From contig CM022671.1 of assembly GCA_012295275.1 (NCBI GenBank), forward strand, positions 11,222,001-11,286,000: DNA of 64,000 nucleotides, written 5' to 3'. Position 1 is the first letter of the stretch. Each line of letters opens with the position of its first letter. Below the pieces are notes generated by a model. The model ran no database searches, had not been told where the DNA came from, and saw only the letters and a list, made by a program, of their open reading frames with translations. This stretch comes from Chrysomallon squamiferum. Lineage: Eukaryota; Animalia; Mollusca. This document shows, piece after piece, positions 42,289 to 55,982 of the stretch. The position numbers were made by a program, and so were the translations under genes.

Positions 42289-42683
42289 AGAATTGTTTCA
42301 ATAAATTGTGAAACAGATATTAAATAATTGTTTCGTTAAACTGCTAAATAGACAGAAAAGAATTGTTTTAGTACTCTGAAACAAACAGTAAATAATTATT
42401 TCAGTAAATTGTGAAACAAAGTATTGTTTCAGTACTCTGAAACATACAGTAAAGAACTGTTTCAGTAAACTGAAACAGACGGTAAAGAACTGTTTCTGTA
42501 AACTGTGAAATAAACAGTAAATAATTATTTCAGTAAATTGTGAAACAAAGTATTGTTTCAGTATTCTGAAACATACAGTAAAGATTGTTTCAGTAAACTG
42601 TGAAACAAACAGTAAAATATTTTTTCAGTTAACTCTGAAAAAGACAGTAAAGTATTGTTTCGGTAAACTGTGAAACAGACAGG
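42289..42683. repeat. Degenerate minisatellite of about 31-36 bp with palindromic core TGTTTCAG-N4..6-TGAAACA, about 12 copies
   Basis: Directly visible, e.g. tgtttcag-tact-ctgaaaca and tgtttcagtaaactgtgaaaca. Confidence 0.85.
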
Positions 42684-43489
42684 AGTTTATACTCTTATTT
42701 TATACAGCACTAATAACCTATAACCAAATATTTATTTATAATTAATGTTGAGAAATGTCAAAATTGATTTCCGGTATCTTTCGAAAAAAAGAAAAATGCC
42801 TATCGTGTCATCTATACTTGTTTTTAAATAGATCATTTAAAAAAAAATAATAATAATTAATAAATAAAAATAACAAAAATAAAAAAGTAATGAAAGAAAA
42901 GGACAGCATATCACAGTCAAGGTTAAACTTAATGTGACCTCATTTGAGAAGAGTTACGATTCATTTCGTGTTATGTAATTCACAACCAGCTTTCACAATA
43001 AACATACATAATAAACAGATATTATACTCTAAGTTTGTAGAAATGTGTGTAAATATTATATTAATTTGAAAGATTACACTGTGTTTTTGGAAAAGATTAA
43101 ATAATTAAATAAATCATTATTAAAACTGCATATTTTGTTCTAAATGCAGAAAGGAGTGTTCAAGTATTTATTTTAAACAAGTTATCTGGGGGTACGTTTT
43201 GTTGTTATTGGTTATCGATATTTTAATATCTTAAAACAGTGAAAAAGGAAAAACGACAGAGAGAAAAAAGAGAGAAAATTTCAGAGTTTTACGCACCAAC
43301 CTGAACCTAGTAACATTCTTTTGACACACAGCGATACGTAAAATAAGCTTTACGTTATTGTTATTATAATGACATTTGTACTAGGGGAGTTAATCAGGTT
43401 CATCTGAGTTATTCACACACGTTTTACAGAAAGGTCTTTCGAAATGCAGTTTGTATCAATAAATAGAAATAACTAACAAATTACAAAAC

Positions 43490-43561
43490 CTTTTCTCCCG
43501 TTATCACTGGAACACCTTGATACACCTCTCTGTAGCCTGAAAATTTCGGCGTCTTCGTCAT
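43490..43561 (-). CDS. Candidate alternative first coding exon of gene B (MTKTPKFSGYREVYQGVPVITGEK)
   Basis: ATG-led 24 codons ending AAG|gttttg in phase 0, in frame with the 39794 acceptor; GC-richer context; donor is weak. Confidence 0.4.
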
Positions 43562-44328
43562 GCCTGTATCAGCCCGAGAAGAAACACGACAAGTGATGAA
43601 ACGGTGTCTCTTGTTGGTACATCCTCACTTGACAAACCAACAACGAGCAGTTGAGGTCGCACTGTTCACCGGTCCACAAACCATGTTTTACTGGAACATC
43701 ACGGTGATTGAACAGCCCAGTTATAAATAGATAATAATTTGCTTCACCACAGTCAGCACCTGTCGTTTTGTTAGTGGGACATTTCGACAAAAAGAAGCTC
43801 GTATTGGTTTTAGGTTAACGTCCAGTATTGGTCAGCAGATCGTAAGTGAAATAAAACGACGGACATTTTCCCCTTCTTTAACACATTTTTCCATGTAGCC
43901 TCTCGCTGTCAGCAGATCATTTATCTCAAACTTTTGTTTGCATAAACATTTCCTCGTCTTCGTTTTTATTCAAAATCAGCAGGCCTGAACATTCGTCTAA
44001 CGCTAAACCGTGTTAGTGTATATTTCGTAATATGCAAATTGCTTCTTTTTTTCTTTTTCTTTTTCCGCTTTCTACACTTAAACTATTTGTCTGTATTTGA
44101 CAATCAGCGATGTGTTAACAGTTATGCACAGTAAACATTACAAGTAGATCACACCAACACAGAGCAATGAACCGTGATTTTTCAGTTCCTTGAGGTGTCT
44201 GCTGTCAATAACCATAAAGTTATTGACGTGTGTTAAGACTCTTTCATACAATGTGATTTGTTACAACTCATTTAAATATCCCGGTGTTTAGATGATGTGT
44301 GTGTGTTTGTGTGTGTACGTGTGTGTGT

Positions 44329-44401
<73 letters not shown>

Positions 44402-45005
44402 AGAAGAGTAAGATTACATTCACAGCATTATTGTCAGTTAAAATAATATAATATCAATAACAAATCTGTTTGTATCTGTTATGAACAATTAGTATTTGCA
44501 GATGCTTTGCACAGACGTTTAATAATCAGAACACCGCGTAAACTAATTTAAAATAAATTAAATCGTATCATGTGTCAGCAGCATAGTTCTTAGATATAAC
44601 AACGTGTGTGTGAATAATCAGTTATTTCCTTCCTGCAAGCTATTTAGCTCCACTTGAAACAAGTGAAAGTTCACTGACATTTCTCGAGTATGTACTGTTA
44701 CTTCAGGTGAGGGTTTCTTTTTAATCGGGAACATTTATAAATTATAAAGTGATTTTGCTCCACTGCATGCTCGGTACATCTAACCTGGAGGTTGAATTAC
44801 TATACGCACGCCTATGGATTATAACTGTTGCAGTAAGTTTAACGAAAACAAGAATAGACCCCTCCCACTTGTCACACACTCGCATTCCAGTACAGTTTTG
44901 ATACGAACTTGTTAGTACAAACATGTGTAACTCTGAGATGTTATCCAGAAGAAGAAAAAAAATCTTAAAATAAATATAAAAATTCCTATTTAAATTCAAG
45001 ATTTC

Positions 45006-45099
<94 letters not shown>

Positions 45100-45447
45100 A
45101 TATATATATATATATATATATAAATGTAAGATTTTCATAATATCGGTATCATTAACATTTATTTACCTGTATATAATGTATAACATTTAACTAAATATTG
45201 ATATCTGAGACTGTAGTATAAGTTACAAAAATCATTTTTTCTACCTAAGACATTATTAGAATTCTGCTATAACCAATCATTTGGATACTAAACTGTATTA
45301 TATTCCATTGTATTAATATGAAAATCTTTAATATTTATTTTATGTGTATGTATATGTGTGTGTATATATATAAAAATTATATAAATCTAATTAATGAAGA
45401 GGAAAAAATAGTTTTAAATAATTATTGTTAATACATGAGAGAGAGAC

Positions 45448-45553
<106 letters not shown>

Positions 45554-45570
45554 ATACCTAATATATTTAC

Positions 45571-46581
45571 CTTGGCTTTATTAATCAGTCCTTCTATGTC
45601 GGCAAATGTCACAGAAGATCGTCTTCTGTGCGAGCGAACTGGTTGCATCTTTTCCAGACTCATAGCTATGGAATCCTTTCTGACGTGGGCAGCCAGAGTG
45701 TCGCAGAAACTAACTGTTGACTCGGCTTTTGACGCCGCTGAATCCACGGATCCGCAGGACCAACGTTCTTGTCTTGCCTTCCTAACTCCTCCAGTGTCGC
45801 CATTCTGTTCAGTCTTCATCTGCTGGACTCGCTTCACTCCAAAACTTTTGGAACTGTCGTAATCATCCGCAGCGGTTATTTCCTGTCGAATTCGTTTAAC
45901 GCCAATGTAAGATCCGCACTCGTCATCAACAACCTTGGCTGCGATGTCTTCCGTTTCCTGAACTGGGCAGATAAAGACGCCACTTCGCCGCTTATGAGCC
46001 GGGATGTTCCCCAGATAGTTTTCTTCTATCTCGTCGTCTGAGAAACTCTCAATGGTCGAGTTCGACTGTCGCCTCGTTTCGAACGTGTAGTCGCTGCCTA
46101 ACCTCACACACTGGTTTAATTCTGGAACTGTATCGTCGCGTTCAAAGGAACTTCCGGTTCTTTCCAAAGACCTCGATGACCTGAATATTCCAGAGTCTAT
46201 TGTCTCTATGCTTGCATCCACTCCGCTCTTCATTTCCGTTTGAAAACTCTCTAAGCCGTCACTGGTTGGAAGTGAACTGGAGAAAACCTCAGACGTTTCT
46301 TTCGGTTTTTGTTCCTGTGTGTTCAAATCAGTTCGAGGACTGATGCATTCCAAATGACCTTCACCTTCGTTTTCAATGTCCTGGACTTCAAGTTCTGTTT
46401 TCATTGAAGAATATTCCTGAGATATTTCATTGCTTGAATCGTCTTCAGGTTCTGCTGGAAGTGAGGTGTCCACATCTGAATGTTCTTCAACAGCAGACGT
46501 CTGATTCGCTGTGTTACTGTCTTCATCTGCTGACTTTTCTACACTTGCATCCGACGCTCTTGGTTCTTTACCATTCGTCAT
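45571..46581 (-). CDS. MYORG-like: Gene B first coding exon: 337-aa acidic/Ser-rich cytoplasmic N-terminus
   Basis: Acceptor tttctttcttcag| (exon starts 46592), ATG at 46581, 1-kb non-repetitive ORF, donor AAG|GTAAAT in phase 0 matching the phase-0 acceptor at 39794; no stop before the donor. Confidence 0.82.
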
Positions 46582-46895
46582 GTTTCTAAATACTGAAGAA
46601 AGAAAATGAAACAAAAGTCACATTCATATCAGACACAAACATTCAGTTACACGTGTCAAATAAAACTGTGAAAAGCGGTTTTGACATATTTCACCATTAC
46701 TTTTTACAATGTATATAAATACACACAAACACACACACACACACAAACACACACACATTTATATATTATATACAGGCAGTTGAAAAAATTATCTTTTATG
46801 TTTAATGTTGAACAAATATTATTTGGTATAAATTGTATTTGTTTGCGTGTATATGTGGTTTTCTTTTTAGTTATTTTGGGGCTGTTTTTATGATG

Positions 46896-46934
<39 letters not shown>

Positions 46935-47325
46935 CTTTTTCTTCTGTTTCTTCTTCTTGTTATTGTTATTATTATACTTTTTATCGTCGTCGAGACATAT
47001 ATACTGTTAATCTATTAACAATTCATAATTATATTATTTTCACAGTGATAGCGCACATTACATATACAGACTTAGTAAACGGAATTTAATGCAAATCAAA
47101 TGGTGCTTCTAAATATAGATGCTTAGGCGATAAGAATACTTTATGTTCTATGATTTTTTGATTATTATGTTTCGCTAAATTTCACATGAAGGTATACTAC
47201 AAATTGCATGTTAAAGTCTCTGACATATTTGTGGAAATCTATAGAAAAAAATGTATATACAAACTCATGTGCAAACATGTACACAAAAGCGTATGTTCAT
47301 GCAAATACATACATACATACATACA

Positions 47326-47356
<31 letters not shown>

Positions 47357-48403
47357 TGTCTATGTGCAGAGTCTATTCAGACGTACATAAGACAGAGAAT
47401 ATTCAAAATCCTAAACTACATACTCGCCAGTGCCAGGTTTCCCACAAAAAAAAATAGATGCACGCAAAAATGACGAGAGACAAAGAACGGCGTGCTTCGT
47501 GGGAAGCGATGATTGCCGTCGGTTATTGAGCAACTTTTTTTAATGTTGAACGGTAACATCGTCCGCTTTCGGAGTTCAGAAATTAGAAAATGTGGAAAAA
47601 AAATCTCTGGAATATTGTTGTATAAGTCTGCCGTTTTGTTTACGAAATAAAGATTAAGACATGCAAGTTTATAGAAAACAAGATGATTCCTTTTGTAAAC
47701 GGTAATCTGCATCGTCGTTATTGATTTGTAATTGTAAATAACAGAACTGTTTAGTTACACTGCAGTGTGTGTATCACAATACCGACTAATATGTATTCGC
47801 ATTATACGTGTAACATACAGCATATTATTACGTTTTTTGTACCAGTATTCAAAAAGAACTCTACAGTCCAAGTGTTTGCCTGTGTGCCTGTGTGTGTGTG
47901 CCTGTGTGTGGGGGGTGGGTGGGGGTGTGCTTCTGCATATAAAAAAAAACTTGTTTTTATTTCTCTTTTGCCCTTTGGATAAGTAAACATTTAACTGATT
48001 CGAATAACATGAATCAATACATTAATAACAACAGCGACTGCGGCATGTGGCTCACAACAACATCATTTGCATCTTCGGCTTAACATCTCCGTGTTCTCAT
48101 ATAACCATGTTAACAGCTTCTTCTTTACAAAGTAATTTATACATTACAAGCCTGTTAAAATGGCTTTTAACAGTCATCAGGTTCTCATTAATCTGCAGCA
48201 TAAAAATATACAGGAAGCTCTGCCGATAGTAAATCACAGAGAACAAACAAAACAGAAACAATTATATATTGGAATACGTTTTACGTCCTGAAGACAAATA
48301 TATCTGCTTTAGCCTAATCGTTAATCTGCCCAGAGAAACTGATATTAGTATTCAATAATGGCTATATTCAGCATGTATAATGTTGTTTTGAAAATAAATA
48401 TTT

Positions 48404-48484
<81 letters not shown>

Positions 48485-48495
48485 ATAATAATAAC

Positions 48496-48590
<95 letters not shown>

Positions 48591-49025
48591 TAATAACGTG
48601 GAAGAGTGAAACGGTAAATAATTAAATAAAAGCAGGAATAAAAATGTATGCCTTACGCCTGAACTCCAGTAATTCAGTAACGTTTTGACAGTGAAGTGGC
48701 TCGAACTGCGCTACACGAAGACAAAGTACACATGTTTTGTTATAAAACTCAGGTAAATGATGATTTCTGTCTAGCAGAAATAACGATTAGGAAAAACGTG
48801 CACTCAGAAAAAGAGAAAAAAAGAAGAAAAAAAGAAATTTAAAAATTGGCAAAATTTATAAACACAGATAATTAAACAAACCAGATTGCTAGCTACAGTG
48901 TATTTTTTATTCTTATACTACTAGTACAGCTACTACTGTAACAACTACTACAGCACTACCACTGCTATTATTTTTGTTATTACTGATATTATTTCTTCTA
49001 CAGCAGAGGTTCCACTATTTAACAG

Positions 49026-49547
49026 TTCTTTTACTACCTAATACTACTCATTTCTTTTACTACCCTAATACTACTCACTTCTTTTACTACCCTAATACTA
49101 CTCACTTCTTTTACTACCCTAATACTACTCATTTCTTTTACTACCCTAATACTACTCATTTCTTTTACTACCCTAATACTACTCATTTCTTTTACTACCC
49201 TAATACTACTCACTTCTTTTACTACCCTAATACTACTCACTTCTTTTACTACCCTAATACTACTCACTTCTTTTACTACCCTAATACTACTCATTTCTTT
49301 TACTACCCTAATACTACTCACTTCTTTTACTACCCTACCCTACTCATTTCATTTTTTTACCCTAATACTACTCATTTCTTTTACTACCCTAATACTACTC
49401 ATTTCTTTTACTACCCTAATACTACTCACTTCTTTTACTACCCTAATACTACTCATTTCTTTTACTACCCTAATACTACTCATTTCTTTTACTACCCTAA
49501 TACTACTCATTTCTTTTACTACCCTAATACTACTCATTTCTTTTACT
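49026..49547. repeat. 27-bp minisatellite (TTCTTTTACTACCCTAATACTACTCAY), about 19 copies
   Basis: Directly visible; explains ORFs 48974..49645, 49034..49321 and 49349..49537. Confidence 0.96.
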
Positions 49548-49596
49548 TAATACCACTGTTACTACTAGTAATCACAATCATCATCATCATCACTAC

Positions 49597-49630
<34 letters not shown>

Positions 49631-49925
49631 AAGGTTATTGCATAAATTTATTAAATATATGCATGAATTGTTTTAATTATCTGGAAACGTTTATTCAGTT
49701 CATTATGTGTATTCACTATAATATTAGGAAGATCTCTGTTTAGCTCCGGGCAGCAACGCTATCTAGAAACTACGCTGACATCCACGTCGTAACGTTGACC
49801 TGTTGTAACTGTAGACCATTTCACTGTTATATAATTATACAAAAAAGTTTTAAATCTGACATGTCTTGGAGAATTAAAATTTTAAATTTCAGTTATAAAG
49901 TAAAACTGTTGAACAGTAAAAACTG

Positions 49926-50016
<91 letters not shown>

Positions 50017-50859
50017 GCACACATACACATTGATTATTCATTACGTTTCACCTAAATGTACTCACCTAAATTCCGTTATCTGTCAGCATGTCGCAATCCC
50101 TTGATCGTTTCATATAACAATACAGAATTTATAACACTAAACTCATGTTATAATTTCCTTTTTTTAAATCATATTTGTAAACAATACAGTGTATATTCTA
50201 TGTTATTATCGATAAATATAAAAACTAAAAAATTATTTGTATAAACAAAATACAGTAAATTTAGGTGTATTCGATAAACTTTTCTGTTTTTAATTGACTA
50301 TGTAAGCAAACTGAATAACAGAACCTGACACCAAACATTTACTGTAATTCTTTACCGTTGTTTCGCACCTGAGACTAATTGCTGATTGAAACGTTCGTCT
50401 GAAGTTAATACAATTACATAACCAAGATTATCATTATTTTGCTTAATTTTAAGTACTTCTTGACATAAGTGAAAGAATTCCTTTGAAATTTTAATTACTT
50501 AATTTATTTATTTATCTTGTTTGATGTCTATATACTTCTGTGTCAGCTATAACTACAACAACTAACATTAAAACAGATAATGTTACTGCTCTGTTGTTAA
50601 TATTACACAAACACACACACATGTATTAATAATTTTCATTTATTTATGTTTTTTTTATTGCATGTATCGTTGGTTGTATATTTGTATATTCGTTCTATCT
50701 TTTTGCTTGATATTATAAAATTATTTGTATTTCCTACATTCTGGAGCTATTGCACTGAAGTGTTCAAAGGTAAGAAAGTCAGTGCTCACAGCTGGGTGCA
50801 GGACGACTGCAACATTTCACACTGTGTACACCTCGGTTTGCTGTGTCATCGTTCGCACG

Positions 50860-51413
50860 GCATCGCTGCCACATTCATTGAAATGCTGTCACGTGACCGC
50901 GGAGTAAAATCACGATTTACTTATGTTACCAATCAATAAACAGAACGAGTATTCTGGTGGGACGTGGTTTTCCGATCTCCGACCAAGTGCAAGAGTGTGA
51001 ATCAGTCTGTTTGAGTGTATTTATAGCGTCTTCCTTTTATATACACAAAAAACAAAACAAGTATTTTGACAGACATAACACTCCACGTTGGGTAAGTGGT
51101 TTATTTCAGAGCGTCCTGTGCTATATTAACAGCGAGCAGGACACGTGAGAGTTTTTTACCTCGTCCTTGGAAAGTCGTAGATATTCTTTTCAGTATGTTT
51201 GTATCCGAGTAAAGATCCTGTTTTGAGGTTTCGTTTGTTTACGCACGTTGACAGCGGCTCGGAAACTAACTAACATAAAAGCGTCGTGTGGGCGTTGCCC
51301 TATTACGTTAAAAAAACACAACAAAAAACAACAACAACAGCAACAGTGCACTGTGTGTTTCGGGTGACAGGAGTATCGCGAGAAGAGAGGTTTCACTCAG
51401 GTATGAAGTTAAC
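50860..51413. promoter_or_regulatory. Candidate promoter region between divergent genes B and C
   Basis: CpG-richer; GTCACGTGAC at 50888-50897, CCAAT near 50929, CACGTG near 51142; - strand donor GAG|GTAAAA at 51159; gene C ATG at 51414. Confidence 0.4.
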
Positions 51414-51519
51414 ATGGCACAGAACGAGCACGACAGAACACAACTCAAAACTGACACCGAAAACGACTACGACAGCGTTGAGACGTCATCAGCATCCGGC
51501 AGTGTTGGTTCTGAGACAG
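51414..51519 (+). CDS. Gene C coding exon 1 (MAQNEHDRTQLKTDTENDYDSVETSSASGSVGSET)
   Basis: Kozak-like AACATGG, 35 codons plus 1 nt, consensus donor CAG|GTGAGT in phase 1. Confidence 0.7.
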
Positions 51520-54500
51520 GTGAGTTTGTTTAATTATGTAATGAGAAAGGTAAGAAGACATTTATTAAAGTAACGTGGATGCTTTTTTTAGATTTGATCA
51601 CAGAGACACTCAGACTGTAGTGGACAAACAAACATAAACATATTTCACACATGCAGATAGATACGTTAACTTTCATACTTTTACACCTACACACATACAC
51701 ATATATATACACAGCAATACACACATACTTAATCTTTAAAATTGAATTATTTACTGATTTATTTAATCTTTAATCTTTTATATATTATCATCTTTGTGAC
51801 TGAAGTTTATAAAACAGTCCATTTTATATTCTCTTATTAATTGTTAACTAAAATCATTTATTAATTTGTACTAATATTGAAATGCTGCACGCTTCGCTAG
51901 CCGGGTATCTGGACGTGACACGGGTGACACACATGGTGACACACCCTTGCTTCAACGTGGCGCCTCACAACACAACAGCGGGGTTACTGACAAACCAGAG
52001 TTAATCAGTGCGTAACAGCGACGACGTTTTACAGGCCTAACGCAGAACTAGGACAGCAGAATGTAGTTTTGTTGTTGTTTTGTGTTTAAAATAACCCAAG
52101 GTTGTTGTAACCTTTAAAATCTGTGATTTAATCTCAAACTGAAAGTAAATAAATAAATAAATAAATATATAAATAAATAATCACTGAGAGAAGATGACAC
52201 TGAATTTAATTAACAAAATTAACAATTGTTAAACTGTCAGAAAAGAAAAGATAAGATATGTTTAATGTCGGGTTTCATCATTTGCATACCGCTAATAATA
52301 ATAATACTATTTAGTTTTAAAACTGTGTTAATTTTCGTACTTTTTCCTACATCTTTTACACTGGCATTACCAAATGTATTTACCGGAAATTTAAGAAGAA
52401 AAAAAAAAAAAATCACTATAATGTGACAAAAGAACACCGGTACAGTCGTAGTCTGCCATATGTCAATAATTGGTTGCAGAAGTTGTCACGTATCCCGTGT
52501 TGACGTAAACCCTGGTTTAATAACTCGCGACAGAAAATAACTATCGCTAAACTTTAAAGAATTCTAACAATACATTTCAGTGTTATTTATAGAGAATAAT
52601 GAACACAATAAAATTATGTTATTTACAACGTGATATGCCCTTGAAAATGCTTTAAGTATCGCGTCAAACCACTTACAACTAGTATAAACAACAAGTTGAT
52701 GAATATACATAATTAAGGCATTAAAGAATTTAAAGAATATTTTAGTCTTAATTTGTTCAGGTTAATAATTAAAATTAATGAAATTAATACAATTGTGTTA
52801 TTTCTTTTTGCATGCTGGGTGCTGGGAAAGGTGGAGTCGATATAACTGTACGTATGTATGTATATATGTGTGTGTGTCTGTGTGTACGTGTGTGTTTTTT
52901 AAATTGTAATTTTTTAATCTATCTATCTCTCTATCTACCTATCTCATCTATAAATCTATCTAACTAGATAGATAGATAGATAGATATAAAAGAGTTTTTT
53001 GTTGTTTTCTTCTTTTTTCTTTAGCTTCTTTTATTGTTAATGTTTATGTATTTTATTTATTTTAATATATTTTTAAGGCAAATCTTATTTAACTTACGTC
53101 TGTTATTATGATTAGTGAAATTTCTAGAAAAATGACGTAAAGACGAATTTGACGTAGGCTTTAAATGACGTGAAGTGGGATATTACTGAATTAGGATTCT
53201 GGGATTAGTTTTTATTACATTGTTCTCTAATCTGTACCAGTGTATTAACTAATTTAATATGTTGTGTTTACGCGTTTAACAAGATTTAATACCACAAACA
53301 TACACACGCAGTCTTTAAAGCAGTTAAATTCAAGTTAAAATAAACCCATTGCCAAGCATATCGACACAGCCATAAAATTAATTTTATTAGCTCTTGAAAG
53401 AGTGAAATAAAAAAAAAAAAAAATTGATTACTATTGTTAGAGCTATAAGCTGATTTTCTCTCTGCCGGTTTTAAGTTTGGATGTAGTTACTGTATTGTTT
53501 CATTATATGCAGCATTTAAATAATATCCAAACATGTGGTAGCGATATAGTTACCGTAATAAATAACTCGTTTGTTCCATATAAAAAAAAGAAAAAAAAAA
53601 GAAATAACGGTATGCAAAGTTCGGTTTCAGCTAGCAAGCCCTTGATATCTATTACTTGTTTATTTTATATATTTAACAAATTCAGTGGCTATAACTGATT
53701 ATACTGTCCGATGTTTTTGCTGATGCTATCGTTTTGTTGTTAGGATATTTTGTTAATGGAGTACTAACATATGTATGTTTCTGAGATAAAAACAGTGAAT
53801 GAAACAATGCTTGTAGAAGGATTCCGTGTACAACACGACTTAGTGAAATAAAATAAAACAAAATAAAATAACACAGGTGAAATAAACTTAATTTAAATAT
53901 ACAAATCAAAATGAACTGAATTGATATAACACAGAATAATAATACAATAAACCCCTAAAAGTGTATAAATTAATATTAAATCAGTTGAAAATAATCAAAA
54001 GAGAAATAATATCAAATATAGTAATGTAATGAAACAAATATTCAAAATTTAATTTCAAAACAAACATTGCTATTATTTCAAAATTAACAAAAACAGTTAT
54101 AAAACAACAAAAAAAAAAAAAAAATTTCAGTACAAAATTCTGTATTAAATATAAAACAGATGATAAACAGCACGTTTTTTCTATTTTCAATACAAACAAA
54201 TAAATACTTAAATGTCAGATAAACAATACATCGGCTAAGATTTGAGAATTCAGATGTAACGTGCAAACATCTGGCACGGACAAGTTTATATGAATAATTT
54301 ATTATAATTATTTAAACTGCCTGCAGTTATAGATCGGACAGACCGAAATATACAATAAAGGTAATTAACTAGAGGTTCGGGTTACCTGTGCAGGCATGCC
54401 AAGGTGTTACCTGCAGGTGAATAGTATTGTAATGAGCTTTTGTTACGGTTAATATCAGTTATATCTTGCTTAATAATATTGTTTTACACCTGGCTGATTG

Positions 54501-55881
54501 AGTATGTTATGAAGTAATTACCTTTATCAGTACGTCATCGGCTTCCTTCTCATCATCATCATTGTTATAATCATCTCCATCATAACCATAGTTTCGTAAG
54601 AACTGAAATATTCATTTATTTAAATACGAAGTAAGTCCAATATATAAATGTTTGGGTTTTTTTCGTGTATATGTATTATGTACCTGTACGTATGTGTATA
54701 TATAAAATATGTACGTATGCATCATAGACTGTTTTATCAAACCGCCATTCAATTCCTGTGTACTGTACTTCTCGCTATGTGATAATTTCAGTATGTTATT
54801 TTTATGACCACTGAAAATAGCTCTCTGATAATGACCCCAGTTTGTGTATTAAATGTCGTGCAAGTTTCATTTCGTACTTAAATCTATTAGTGTCGTTTGG
54901 TGCCAATCCTTTTTCGTATAATTTGTGAGCAATAAATTGCATAAACGTATTTTACAATGTAATGACATGGCGTTAGTAAAAAAAATATGTAAAAAAACAC
55001 ATAACAAAGTAAAAGCATTGTAATTATCTTATTTGTATTTATTATTTTCAAAACATTCGAAATGTTAGTTGTGACCTTTTCTCAATGAACTTGTGGTAAT
55101 AGTAATATATTAATGTTATAAAACATTACAAGATGAAAATAAATGCACCATTTTTAAATTTTATTTTAATTATTTTAATGTTATTTTATTAATTTTTTGT
55201 TTTTATTACTATTTTTTATTATTATTTTTTTTTTTTAACAGTTAATGAATTAAATAATTATAATACGCTCAACAGTATTTTATCTATAAAGTATACGGTC
55301 ATAATTATAGTTGTTTTCTGTTCGAGAGACTACGTTGATTTCAAATATTTATTTTATTTAAATCTAATTATTTTCATATATCTCACATAGTATAACTCTT
55401 GTATATTAACTTTGAGAAAAGTAATTATTCTGTGCCGTTCTTGGCGTGTTTTTATGGATGCTGGTTTTGCCTTGTTGTTTTATTGAGCAATAAATTCAAG
55501 TCTGCTGTACGTGGGACATAGTTCAAATTCCTGACAGACGAAGTGTAATTTTTATATTTTCTTCTTTATATTAATGTATGTCTATAGCTTTACTGTGAAT
55601 AAGGATACCACAAATCATCATAGAGGAGGCATATATGTTTATACTTTTTTGATTTATAATAGTATATATATATATATATATATATATACGTGTGTGTGTA
55701 TGCATGTGTGCGTATGTGTGTGTATATAAACAGATATAGCGATAGATAGATGAGTGAATGGATGGATCTATGTACATATATATATAAAGAGAGAGGTTCG
55801 AGCCTATATTTGTATGTATGTATGTACAAATATGATTGTTTGGTGTATATTTGTGTATTGTGTATGTGTATGTGTGTGTGT

Positions 55882-55982
<101 letters not shown>

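Noticed and set aside
42289-42683. Palindromic repeats resembling CRISPR direct repeats
   Set aside because: Linkers are short and related to each other rather than unique spacers
48974-49645. (PNTTHFFYY)n ORF and telomere-like CCCTAA in each unit
   Set aside because: 27-bp minisatellite; a single CCCTAA per unit is not a telomeric array
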